61,199 bases of DNA from an uncultured virus (IMG/VR IMGVR_UViG_3300038365_000169) (Duplodnaviria > Heunggongvirae > Uroviricota > Caudoviricetes), in IMG/VR virus record IMGVR_UViG_3300038365_000169; one strand, given 5' to 3'. Positions 19,424 to 27,793 of the stretch are shown piece after piece (position 1 is the first letter of the stretch; each line of letters starts with the position of its first letter). Both the position numbers and the translations under genes were made by a program. The notes beneath the pieces are model-generated. The model was not told the origin of the DNA and did no database searches. It saw nothing but the letters and a program-made list of their open reading frames with translations.

Positions 19424-19856
19424 CCATTTCCTTCCCCGCAGAAAAGCCGCGGTAGCTCTCAGTTACCCGGTATCCTGCCTCCTCAAATGCTTTCACCTGG
19501 TCCACATTTGTCCTGGCAATGTTGGCTATCGCTACCTTTAAACTCTCGTTCATTGCGTTCAAGTAAAGTTTGGCTTCAAGCTCTAAATGGTCCAAAAGAA
19601 CAGTTTCATAGCCTATGCATCTGCACTCAGGAGCCACCCAAACTGCATGAATCTTGCCGCATACTCCCCTTTTGGTCCTGTATAGCTCCATAAGGCCAAC
19701 ACCCTGCAAAAATTTGGTGCCGTCCTCACTTTCCATCTTGATGCATATGTCCTCTAAATGGCCACGTGTGCCGGCGCCTAGATGTAAATTTTTCATGCGT
19801 TCACCCTGTTGATGAACCATTTCCTCTAGCTCATCCACAGTCATCCTATTGACCAT
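19416..19856 (-). CDS. Degenerate GNAT-fold protein
   Basis: IHAVWVAPECRCIGYETVLL...N...AFEEAGY. Confidence 0.5.
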   Translation of the reverse strand: MVNRMTVDELEEMVHQQGERMKNLHLGAGTRGHLEDICIKMESEDGTKFLQGVGLMELYRTKRGVCGKIHAVWVAPECRCIGYETVLLDHLELEAKLYLNAMNESLKVAIANIARTNVDQVKAFEEAGYRVTESYRGFSAGKEMGA

Positions 19857-19940
19857 CTGCAGACCCTCCTTTCAGTCGTCAATCTGGTGAAAATTTTTCC
19901 ACAAAACTAACTTCATACTACTATATTTGCAAACGAACTA

Positions 19941-21581
19941 TTAAATCATAGGGTCAAAAGATTCCCCATTTTCCTCGACTTCAATCGGTAATAGCTGTGG
20001 AATGATGTCGAAGGCCATTACCATCCAGTAGGTTTTCCCCTCCTGAATCCAGCTGTTTTCGCCCAACCATCTGCCGTTATGCAGATTTATAGACTCCACC
20101 CATGCGCCAGATTCGGTCTGATATGCCTTGTCAAGAACGGCCTGACAGGTGACATTCTTCAATGACGTGATTCTTTCCTCTATGGACTTTACCGTAACAA
20201 GTACCCTCTCGGATAGCAGCTTGCAGGCAATCTGGTCCGCTGGATACTTTGGTATCACCAGCTTGGAGTTGTTGCTCTTGCTGTTCCTTATGTCCAGACC
20301 CTGCGTCTCCACAGTGCTGTTGGCGAGCTTGACCACCAAGCCATCAAGAGCATACTGGTGGAGATTCCTGTACCTGCTCTTGCTGCTCACCCTTTTGCCA
20401 TTAAGGTCGCATCCGTAGAACTCACAGACTTTCTCCAGCACTTCGATGGCATTTTTAGTCTTGCCGTAAAATTGTGTCGGCTTGTCGTCAAGACGCAGTA
20501 TGTCTCCAACGAAAATAACGCCAGGAATGTCACGAATTTTCTCGGTGTCCTTGTTTAGGCCGTTTACTGCGCAGCTGTAGCATACAACATCAAGCTCCTC
20601 GCCCTCGTCATAAAATCCGTGACTGTTGCCGTCTGCATGCCTTATCTCCACATATCCGTCCTCACGTATGGATAGCATGCTGGTGCGTAGGAACTTATGT
20701 TGGTCGTTTCCAAGTGATGCTATCAACCTGGCATTTTGCAGGTTGTTCTCCACGTACACCCTTCCGTTCATCTCGTCGGAGAAAAATCCCTCATTGTCCA
20801 CAAGCTGCCCTAAATCCTTTCCGTATAGGTACAAAAGAACTCCGTTTAAGTTTGCAGGGACCTTTCTGTTGAATATGCCGGAAACTACGCTGCGCCACAC
20901 AACCACCTCAGCAAGATCGTTCTGCTGCTCGCCCCTGTACTTCATTAAATTTTTCTCCGTCTTCTTGATCACACCCTCACCACGCAGCTCGAAGTACTCA
21001 GGAAGATCCCCACATATGCTCTCAACATAGCTGACATCAATAAACTCCGGTACGCCGTTTAAACGAACACCGGAAAGAGCATGCTCATGAAGCTTTAGGC
21101 CGTAGCGTCCGTTCCCCCTGCTGGTGATGCAGTCCTTTCTGTAGAATGAAACACCAAGACCCTCGTCACCGTCCAAAACATACCTTGTGTTGGCGGTTAA
21201 ACCGTCCAGCTTTGGTTCGTATAAAAGCTCTTCACCCTCATATTTGGTGCAAAAGACCTGAAGCTCCTCCAGATTGCCTGCTTTGTCTATGGATGGAAGT
21301 GGTGCAAGTAACCTGACCCAGGTGCGGCCGGATGGTGCAACCGATATCAGGCTTTCCTGATAGTTAAACTTTTTCTTGAGAATGTCCCATTCCTCGTCAG
21401 ATACCTTGGGGTATCCGTCAATGTAGGCACGCTCCAGGTTTTGCATCATGCGCAGCTGATCTTCGTTTCCTTTGAAGTCGCTCTGCTCCTCCAATGCGTA
21501 GGTTAGCTCGTTAAGCTCCGCGGTAACCCTCTCCAGCTCCTCATCAGTGCGTCTGTTGCCGTACTGTTTTTGTGTTTCCAT
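19941..21581 (-). CDS. NAD-dependent DNA ligase, minimal (adenylation plus OB domains)
   Basis: AYIDGYPKVSDEEWD, EPKLDG, SRGNG, ELRGE, LDGLVVK; no Zn/HhH/BRCT tail. Confidence 0.82.
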   Translation of the reverse strand: METQKQYGNRRTDEELERVTAELNELTYALEEQSDFKGNEDQLRMMQNLERAYIDGYPKVSDEEWDILKKKFNYQESLISVAPSGRTWVRLLAPLPSIDKAGNLEELQVFCTKYEGEELLYEPKLDGLTANTRYVLDGDEGLGVSFYRKDCITSRGNGRYGLKLHEHALSGVRLNGVPEFIDVSYVESICGDLPEYFELRGEGVIKKTEKNLMKYRGEQQNDLAEVVVWRSVVSGIFNRKVPANLNGVLLYLYGKDLGQLVDNEGFFSDEMNGRVYVENNLQNARLIASLGNDQHKFLRTSMLSIREDGYVEIRHADGNSHGFYDEGEELDVVCYSCAVNGLNKDTEKIRDIPGVIFVGDILRLDDKPTQFYGKTKNAIEVLEKVCEFYGCDLNGKRVSSKSRYRNLHQYALDGLVVKLANSTVETQGLDIRNSKSNNSKLVIPKYPADQIACKLLSERVLVTVKSIEERITSLKNVTCQAVLDKAYQTESGAWVESINLHNGRWLGENSWIQEGKTYWMVMAFDIIPQLLPIEVEENGESFDPMI

Positions 21582-21617
21582 GCTATCGCCTCCCTTTTCT
21601 CAATTTTCAGCAAAGCA

Positions 21618-22355
21618 CTATTTAACTCTAAGATACCTTTTGCCCGTCTCAGGCTCCATGTATGCCTCATATGATAAAATTTTGCTTCCAACGCTGTTTC
21701 TTGCTAGGGCTGTGCCAATCTTTCTGGCGACACCTGAATGAACAGAAACAACCATTGATGCGTTCTTGCAGTTAACCGCAACATATTCGATAAATGCGTC
21801 CACTGCCTCAGGATCCATCTCTGCATTGTCTATAATGATAGCGCATTTTTTGTCCTTATGTTCGTCCACAAACACCTTTGCAAGGTTGTAGTCGTCAAAA
21901 GATAGTATGTCCTGCGGAACCTCAAGAGGAGCGTTGCCATATGCAACACATGTGTCCACACCAGCTTCAATGAAGCGCCTGGCGATGCCTAATGCAACCG
22001 TTGTTTTCCCGGTGCCCGTTGACCCAACCAGAAGAACGCGCTTAGCCTCGCCATCGTCAACGGATTCAAGTAATGCGTTCAAAGATAGGCTGTCGCCATT
22101 TTCCATCTGCTTGACATACTTTTTTGATGACTTGAGAACGTTTACCATGTTCCTTAGTACCTCAAGTGTGATCTCGCGACCATTTTCTGCAATTCTTATG
22201 ATGGCAGCATCCCTGTCCTCATATGCAGACATGGACCCAAGATAAAATCTGTTCTCCCATTCATTGCTGACAAGAACTATTGCTCCCTCGTTAGCCTTTG
22301 ATGTGAAGGAGCTGTTGCTGGCTGACATCCATAGTTTTATGTTATTTTCCATCAT
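21618..22355 (-). CDS. P-loop NTPase fused to an N-terminal domain related to 14213..14629
   Basis: GSTGTGKTT Walker A, IIIDN Walker B. Confidence 0.65.
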   Translation of the reverse strand: MMENNIKLWMSASNSSFTSKANEGAIVLVSNEWENRFYLGSMSAYEDRDAAIIRIAENGREITLEVLRNMVNVLKSSKKYVKQMENGDSLSLNALLESVDDGEAKRVLLVGSTGTGKTTVALGIARRFIEAGVDTCVAYGNAPLEVPQDILSFDDYNLAKVFVDEHKDKKCAIIIDNAEMDPEAVDAFIEYVAVNCKNASMVVSVHSGVARKIGTALARNSVGSKILSYEAYMEPETGKRYLRVK

Positions 22356-22421
22356 ATTTACCTCCCGTATACGGCCTTTGAATAAGCTGAAAGTGCCCCA
22401 TTATTGTACATAAAACAGATG

Positions 22422-22667
22422 TTACCACCTGCCATCGAATGTTTCGCCCGCAGGTTTGCCATTTTCGTCAAAATAATTCACTCGAACATGGTGGTTGCTT
22501 TGAAACGTTCTTAAAACAATATCGTTTTTGCCGATGCTGAGCTCCGTGTCCTCTCCGTTTTCGTTCTTTCCGGATACGTACGTTGGATAGCTTTCATGGC
22601 TTTGCATGAGCTCCATCAGCTGCTCGCTGTTGTCAAAATCTACATATATTTGGTTTTTCATCAACAT
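22422..22667 (-). CDS. Hypothetical protein
   Basis: 81-aa ORF with RBS. Confidence 0.55.
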   Translation of the reverse strand: MLMKNQIYVDFDNSEQLMELMQSHESYPTYVSGKNENGEDTELSIGKNDIVLRTFQSNHHVRVNYFDENGKPAGETFDGRW

Positions 22668-22740
22668 GACGCAATTTTCCTTTCATTGGAGAAAATATAT
22701 TACGTTATATTTGATGCTGGCAAGTTCCAAGAACACATAG

Positions 22741-23139
22741 TTAAAATTCATCTATGTATGTGTTGCTTAGAACCAAACATTCCTCAATCCTGCCATGAAT
22801 GCGCTGCCAGTGTGGAAGGCTTCTCTCTGCCTTAAAGTACCTCTCAGCTTCCTCACTGCTGTGATTCTTGGGTATGTATGCTGGTCCCTTCATCCATGCT
22901 GTTATGACATAATTGCCCTCCTCGCCGTCACCTAGGTCAAAACGTCCCCTGGTGCCGGTTTCACCCTCTAGATGCTCGGCCCAAAATGTGCCAAAAATGG
23001 ACTCAGGAAGCCCATCCTTGCTGTCTGCAACCGTGTTAATCCACCCGGCCCATCTGCATCCGTCGGGTAGGTTCACCTCCAGCCACCACTTCTTCATGAA
23101 CCTCTTGGGTTCCTTTACCTTATTTACCATGTTGCACAC
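22741..23139 (-). CDS. Hypothetical protein
   Basis: ORF with GGAGG RBS. Confidence 0.55.
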   Translation of the reverse strand: MCNMVNKVKEPKRFMKKWWLEVNLPDGCRWAGWINTVADSKDGLPESIFGTFWAEHLEGETGTRGRFDLGDGEEGNYVITAWMKGPAYIPKNHSSEEAERYFKAERSLPHWQRIHGRIEECLVLSNTYIDEF

Positions 23140-23151
23140 CTCCTATGGTTA

Positions 23152-23541
23152 TTAGCCATCCCATTCCTCATCGTCCTCCTCATCAAGAAGCTCCCCTATG
23201 TCACAAAACCAGTCCGCAGCAGTCTCCTTTACCAGAAGAATAACCGCCACCAGCATGGCGCCCTGAAGCACTGCGGTTGAGAGCCTGGAAAGCAATGGTG
23301 TGCCCGGATGCTCCATCATGCCGCCGGCAAACATGGCAACCACCGCAAATGCGCCCCCTACAGCAATCTTGAGCACCTTTAGGAGAACCTTTCTGTTTTC
23401 ATAGATGAAGCTGATGAGGCAGTAAAGGCCCCAAAGTGCCAAACGGAGCATCCTTCTGGCATTTCCGTTTAATGCTTTCTTGCGCCTGTAGTTCCAAGCT
23501 GCTGCGCTTTCATTTCCATGCTGAAATTTGTTTTTCTTCAT
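23152..23541 (-). CDS. Membrane protein
   Basis: About 3 hydrophobic segments, acidic tail. Confidence 0.6.
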   Translation of the reverse strand: MKKNKFQHGNESAAAWNYRRKKALNGNARRMLRLALWGLYCLISFIYENRKVLLKVLKIAVGGAFAVVAMFAGGMMEHPGTPLLSRLSTAVLQGAMLVAVILLVKETAADWFCDIGELLDEEDDEEWDG

Positions 23542-23580
23542 TAAAAACCCTCCATTCTTGCTTTCTGCACCAATCTTGAC

Positions 23581-24303
23581 CTAATACTCATTAATGGGTG
23601 TTAGTGACCCTACATCAGCCTTTAAGAGCACCTCAACTATGGCATTCATGTCCTCCTGTGATAGTGATATGCCGTAGTGCTGGCAGACAAGTAACCAGGT
23701 GTAGCAGTAGTCCTCTACATTTTTCTGCGGCAACCACTTGCTGGGAGGCTTTGCCCCCTTGGACCTGTTGTCGTACTGCGTGCAGCATACCCCATTCAAT
23801 GGGTCGTCTGCAAAGGCTCTTTTGTCCTCCTCTGTCCACTCCGCACCGCCATGCGAGTTGGCGTATGCCAAAGGAACAATATGGTCATAGTCAGTCTGCT
23901 TCACTGATTGAATTTTTTCGCCCGTGTATGGGTCCGTATACTCCATAGCATTCCAGTCATACCATTCGCTCTCATAGAAGCTGTAGGTTCGTATGCTGGT
24001 GTACTCGCCGTCACAGGGATGATTTTTGTTGCATGCATACCATTGGCTGCTGCTGATCCACTCCTTGCGGTCATAGTTTACACTCTCAGCCTCCCCAACC
24101 ATTACGGATTGAAGTAACGCATTTAGGCCCTCGTCATCAATTTGCCCCAGATGCTGGCCAACCTCAACAACTGCGGATTGGTTGAAATCACCCATATCAA
24201 GAATTTTATGGGCAATTTGGGGGTTTGTTAGCAATGCAACAGCTAGAGCAAGCAATATAATAGTGGCTATCTTGGGTCCGAGATATCTCTTAAGATTTTT
24301 CAT
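23581..24303 (-). CDS. Exported HNH nuclease (DUF1524-like)
   Basis: Signal/TM segment; DYDHIVPLAYA, FADDPLN, NRSKGAKPPSKWLP. Confidence 0.85.
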   Translation of the reverse strand: MKNLKRYLGPKIATIILLALAVALLTNPQIAHKILDMGDFNQSAVVEVGQHLGQIDDEGLNALLQSVMVGEAESVNYDRKEWISSSQWYACNKNHPCDGEYTSIRTYSFYESEWYDWNAMEYTDPYTGEKIQSVKQTDYDHIVPLAYANSHGGAEWTEEDKRAFADDPLNGVCCTQYDNRSKGAKPPSKWLPQKNVEDYCYTWLLVCQHYGISLSQEDMNAIVEVLLKADVGSLTPINEY

Positions 24304-24497
24304 GTCTCATTGTCCTTCCTTTCCGGGAAATTGTTTGACGTAAAATCTGTTGTCAAGATTAATGATGGGTCACTTATATCATCATTACGTGCAATATTGT
24401 ACAGTTTGACAGTCTCATCCTTAATAATAAATAAGTTATCCCATGCACCTATTTGGTGCTATATAAGAGTTTAATGTAAAGGGGGCAGGATGCCAAA

Positions 24498-24731
24498 ATG
24501 AACATTGCCCTTGGCCTACTGGTTTTATTATGCGCATGCGCCCTCTTCTATGAAGCTGTCAAGATGATATCCAGCCTGGTGATGGAGGTTGTTGCCAGCC
24601 AGATGGTTCATCGCAGGGTCAAGATGAGCAAGGAGATGTCCCTAAAGTTACTGCTCATATTGGTGGTAATGCCCCTTGTGGTGCGACTGCTAAGGATATC
24701 AGTATCGGTGATTTTCACCGGGTCTTTCTAA
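24498..24731 (+). CDS. Small membrane protein, first gene of plus-strand island
   Basis: Two hydrophobic helices. Confidence 0.6.
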   Translation: MNIALGLLVLLCACALFYEAVKMISSLVMEVVASQMVHRRVKMSKEMSLKLLLILVVMPLVVRLLRISVSVIFTGSF

Positions 24732-24740
24732 GGAGGTGAC

Positions 24741-25139
24741 GTGATGAAGCGCGAGTTTATAGGAACTGTTGCAGACGTTCAAGTTGATGACGAGGTGATG
24801 GGAAGGGACGGCAAATGGCACAAAATCACGGACCTTCTGCCACCATTCATGCCCAAGCTAATGTACAGCGTTCATCTTGAGAACGGATATGTGGAGTGCA
24901 CTGGGGACCATCAATGGAACGTATTTTTAGCCGGAAACAGCCTTGGAAATTTTGACACATCCAACATGCTGGTACTCTTTGAGAGCTTCGAAAAGGGAGA
25001 TTTATGCGTTGGAGTGGCTGACGGACCCGCCCTACTAGGGGTGGAAAGAATTGAGCCCAAGATGAGCTGCTGTCTTGTGGTGGACTCTGAGGACCATCAA
25101 TTCGAGATATTAACACACCAGGGAGGTGATGGCAAATGA
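24741..25139 (+). CDS. Free-standing intein/Hint middle fragment (blocks B and F, class-3 type)
   Basis: TVADVQVDDEVMGRDG, block B CTGDHQW, block F CCLVVDSEDHQF; no block A start, no HN-[CST]; own AGGAGG RBS. Confidence 0.8.
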   Translation: MMKREFIGTVADVQVDDEVMGRDGKWHKITDLLPPFMPKLMYSVHLENGYVECTGDHQWNVFLAGNSLGNFDTSNMLVLFESFEKGDLCVGVADGPALLGVERIEPKMSCCLVVDSEDHQFEILTHQGGDGK

Positions 25140-25387
25140 CGCTCATGGCGGCAACAGCCTGCATTGCATTTATGTTGCCAATGATGGCATATGGGGAGAG
25201 CTTTAGCTTTGCTGTGAATGAGGTGATGTGGGACTTTCCGGAGGGGCCGGCAAAAAGGGCCACCATAATTGCAGCTCAATGTATATTTATGGCAATCATC
25301 TGCATCATCTCAATCTTGACCGTTTGGCCCATGCATTACATCATGTCGTCAAGGCCAACCATAGCTTGGAATGGGTGGTGGTTGTAA
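25136..25387 (+). CDS. Small membrane protein between the intein fragments
   Basis: Hydrophobic; overlaps both neighbours; GGAGG RBS. Confidence 0.55.
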   Translation: MTLMAATACIAFMLPMMAYGESFSFAVNEVMWDFPEGPAKRATIIAAQCIFMAIICIISILTVWPMHYIMSSRPTIAWNGWWL

Positions 25388-25907
25388 AATGACTAGCATG
25401 AATGGAATTCAGGTTCTTAGCATCCTTAGTGAGGGTGATCTTTTGGTCATTAATGCAGAAGGGGAAAAGGTTATATGGTCTCCAGAATATGCTGAAATGA
25501 TGATGTCTGGGGATTTACAATCAGTTTTTACACACAATTGTGGACAACGTTTGGTCTGCGGCAGATTAGGCAGTGTTGCCAGCCGTATGGCTCTTGACGA
25601 CAACCAAGCCACCACCATTGACGGAACCCGAAAGGGTGCTGGGATAGTAAAGAGCCAAGGAGAGGTTACCCACATACAGTACTATTTTGCCACACAAAAA
25701 TGGATAGAGGACTGGTTTGTGGAACGCGGGTTAACCAAGCAGGGCTACCCACCAGACATGGAGAGCAATCCGGACTTTGACCCAGCAAAGATAGACTTTG
25801 GTGAGGATGAGGACATCAAAATATCCAGAAAGAAGACAGACATAGATTTTCACAAGATACACCGTGAGGTGGATCATACACAGGACCAAAGGTTCGAGGA
25901 ACTTTAG
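25371..25907 (+). CDS. Intein C-terminal piece (VFTHN/C) fused to C-terminal subdomain of an FtsK/TcpA-like ATPase
   Basis: THN then Cys+1 (25539-25541); CGQRLVCGRL...SRMALD...KGAGIV...IQYYF aligns with NNIQMSCLLGDF...SSLLFE...KGRGFL...FQAYW of 28979..29869. Confidence 0.75.
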   Translation: MGGGCKMTSMNGIQVLSILSEGDLLVINAEGEKVIWSPEYAEMMMSGDLQSVFTHNCGQRLVCGRLGSVASRMALDDNQATTIDGTRKGAGIVKSQGEVTHIQYYFATQKWIEDWFVERGLTKQGYPPDMESNPDFDPAKIDFGEDEDIKISRKKTDIDFHKIHREVDHTQDQRFEEL

Positions 25908-25930
25908 GCATAAATTCCATTAAAAGTAGA

Positions 25931-25955
25931 TTAGGCTCCCTAAAGGGGAGCCTAA
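25931..25955. terminator. Bidirectional intrinsic terminator between convergent genes
   Basis: ttaggctccc-taaag-gggagcctaa hairpin with AT-rich flanks. Confidence 0.75.
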
Positions 25956-25985
25956 ATTTATTTATTAGCTTCATTATTCAACAAT

Positions 25986-26423
25986 CTATACCTCAGTTTT
26001 GACAAGCATGGAGCAGTTATTGAATAAAAATGCAAATGTTCCGTTTAAATCTACGATCATCTCAATTTCGCCCGCATGAACAACCATGCCAACCTGGTCA
26101 AGATATTCTTCGTCAACTTCACCCTTCCATAGCTCCACTGGAACCACACCAAGTGTGCCTGATTCAACCTCATAGCTCTTGCCGTTGGAGTCCAGAAAAA
26201 TCCCGTCTCCCTCCACCGTGGACTTCATGGCAAAAAGAAATCCGCTGTCAGGATCCTTCCATTCTCCATCCTTGTAGCCGTATAGATCGCCCCAAACCCC
26301 ATCATATACCCGTGGGTCTAAGGCGAAATATACGTCACCCACAAAAATTTTGCCGATGGCGGACGAAACCTTGAATTTTACTTTTTCGGTGTTAAGCATC
26401 ATTATCACCTCCAATATGCACAT
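25986..26423 (-). CDS. Hypothetical phage-like protein
   Basis: ORF; FVGDVYF...GDG.F...SGTLGVVP. Confidence 0.6.
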   Translation of the reverse strand: MCILEVIMMLNTEKVKFKVSSAIGKIFVGDVYFALDPRVYDGVWGDLYGYKDGEWKDPDSGFLFAMKSTVEGDGIFLDSNGKSYEVESGTLGVVPVELWKGEVDEEYLDQVGMVVHAGEIEMIVDLNGTFAFLFNNCSMLVKTEV

Positions 26424-26447
26424 GCTGATGTCGTACGCATCGACGCT

Positions 26448-26594
26448 TTAGCTGACCTCCTTGGCCTCCTCAAGATGAGTCTGCTCCAGATCCTCAGCAA
26501 CCATGTATGCGTCCTCCTCATTGGGATACCAGTCAACAACCTCTCTGTTGTCACGAAGAACCACAAACCCAGAAACTACAGAATAGTTGATCAT
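26448..26594 (-). CDS. Small acidic protein (48 aa), not in ORF track
   Basis: GGAGG RBS + ATG; MINYSVVSGFVVLRDNREVVDWYPNEEDAYMVAEDLEQTHLEEAKEVS. Confidence 0.55.
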   Translation of the reverse strand: MINYSVVSGFVVLRDNREVVDWYPNEEDAYMVAEDLEQTHLEEAKEVS

Positions 26595-26737
26595 GTTAAG
26601 CTACCTCCACTAAAATTGGCATTATTTCTCCCTATTATTAAACAAGAAATATTGCAAAGGAATTAGCTTAACTCCGACTTATAAAGCTTATGAGCAAAAT
26701 AGTAAAAAATATTAATCTAGAAATATAATGCTATAAA

Positions 26738-26920
26738 CTAGACCAAATAGAGTATAGCCACTGCAAAGCTGATGAAGCATGCGGCCATAAGAACTGCAAG
26801 AAGCGGGACCATCTTGTATGCTCTTTTGGCCATATACATCAGCCCCATGCTTAGCACAAGGTATGCCACACATAGGGATATGAACTTGAATAAAAACATG
26901 GTGGTGACCTCCTCTAACAT
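26738..26920 (-). CDS. Small membrane protein
   Basis: Two hydrophobic helices. Confidence 0.5.
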   Translation of the reverse strand: MLEEVTTMFLFKFISLCVAYLVLSMGLMYMAKRAYKMVPLLAVLMAACFISFAVAILYLV

Positions 26921-26923
26921 ACC

Positions 26924-27751
26924 TTACACCTCCATGCTGTCCGATATTAGCTTGCTTCTGTCCAGATCCTCGTCAAACTGTGCGTTGGAAAGATCCACCC
27001 CTCTGAAGTTGGTCTGGTTGAATTTGCAGCTTCTAAAGTTGCTGTTGTTTACCTGTGAGTCCTGAAAGTCCGTCCATTGAAGTGACGCTCCGTTGAAAAA
27101 TGCGGACCTAAAGTTGCACCTGTGGAACCTGATGCCGTCCAGCTCCATGCCGGAAAAATCGCTAGAGCCGAAATAGCACCCCACAAATTCTGTGTTGGGT
27201 ATGCTGCCACCTAGAACCCTGTCAAGCGATGTGTCATGAAACATCACGGAGATAAACCTTGCGTTGGATACCTTTGACTGCATGAACCTGTTCTGCTCAA
27301 ACTCGCAGTCCTTCATCACCGCTCCAACTAAATCGCTGCTTTGCATCACGCTCTGCATCAGTCGGACGCCCTCCATCTGTAAGCCTTGAAGCTCACATCC
27401 CATCCAATAGACCACATTCCACTTGCCGTGGTCGAAATGACTTTCGTTCATCTTGCATCCGTCAAAAGTGACCAAAGAGCCGTCACATCTTTGCCAGACG
27501 GTTCCCTCTAAATGAGCGCCCTCAAAGTTGCATCCGTCAAATGAGCACATAAGTAACGTGCTGTTCCGTAGGTCCGTTAGCTTGAACTTGCAGTTGTCAA
27601 AATCTACACTGTCAAACCTGCATGCGTTAAATGTGATGCGTGATAGGTCCATCTTGGACAGGGTGAAGCCCTCAAAGCTTTTGTCGCTTATGATGGGGTT
27701 GGAGCCGCTCTTGGCCTCCTCCACCAGCTGCAAAAACTGTTCCTTTCTCAT
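26924..27751 (-). CDS. Pentapeptide-repeat protein
   Basis: Continuous 5-residue F/L periodicity (FDNCK FKLTD LRNST...). Confidence 0.9.
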   Translation of the reverse strand: MRKEQFLQLVEEAKSGSNPIISDKSFEGFTLSKMDLSRITFNACRFDSVDFDNCKFKLTDLRNSTLLMCSFDGCNFEGAHLEGTVWQRCDGSLVTFDGCKMNESHFDHGKWNVVYWMGCELQGLQMEGVRLMQSVMQSSDLVGAVMKDCEFEQNRFMQSKVSNARFISVMFHDTSLDRVLGGSIPNTEFVGCYFGSSDFSGMELDGIRFHRCNFRSAFFNGASLQWTDFQDSQVNNSNFRSCKFNQTNFRGVDLSNAQFDEDLDRSKLISDSMEV

Positions 27752-27793
27752 CTTGTCGCCCCCTTTGCCATTTTACCATATTTTATATTGGCG

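Noticed and set aside
25109..25139. LTHQ at the end of the free Hint ORF as a complete intein C-terminus
   Set aside because: Only 6 residues separate the block F His from this His (typically about 9), and it is followed by Gly, not Cys/Ser/Thr. The proper THN-C lies in 25371..25907. It cannot be fully excluded as a self-contained Hint end.
26924..27751. Qnr quinolone-resistance gene
   Set aside because: Pentapeptide periodicity alone does not identify Qnr
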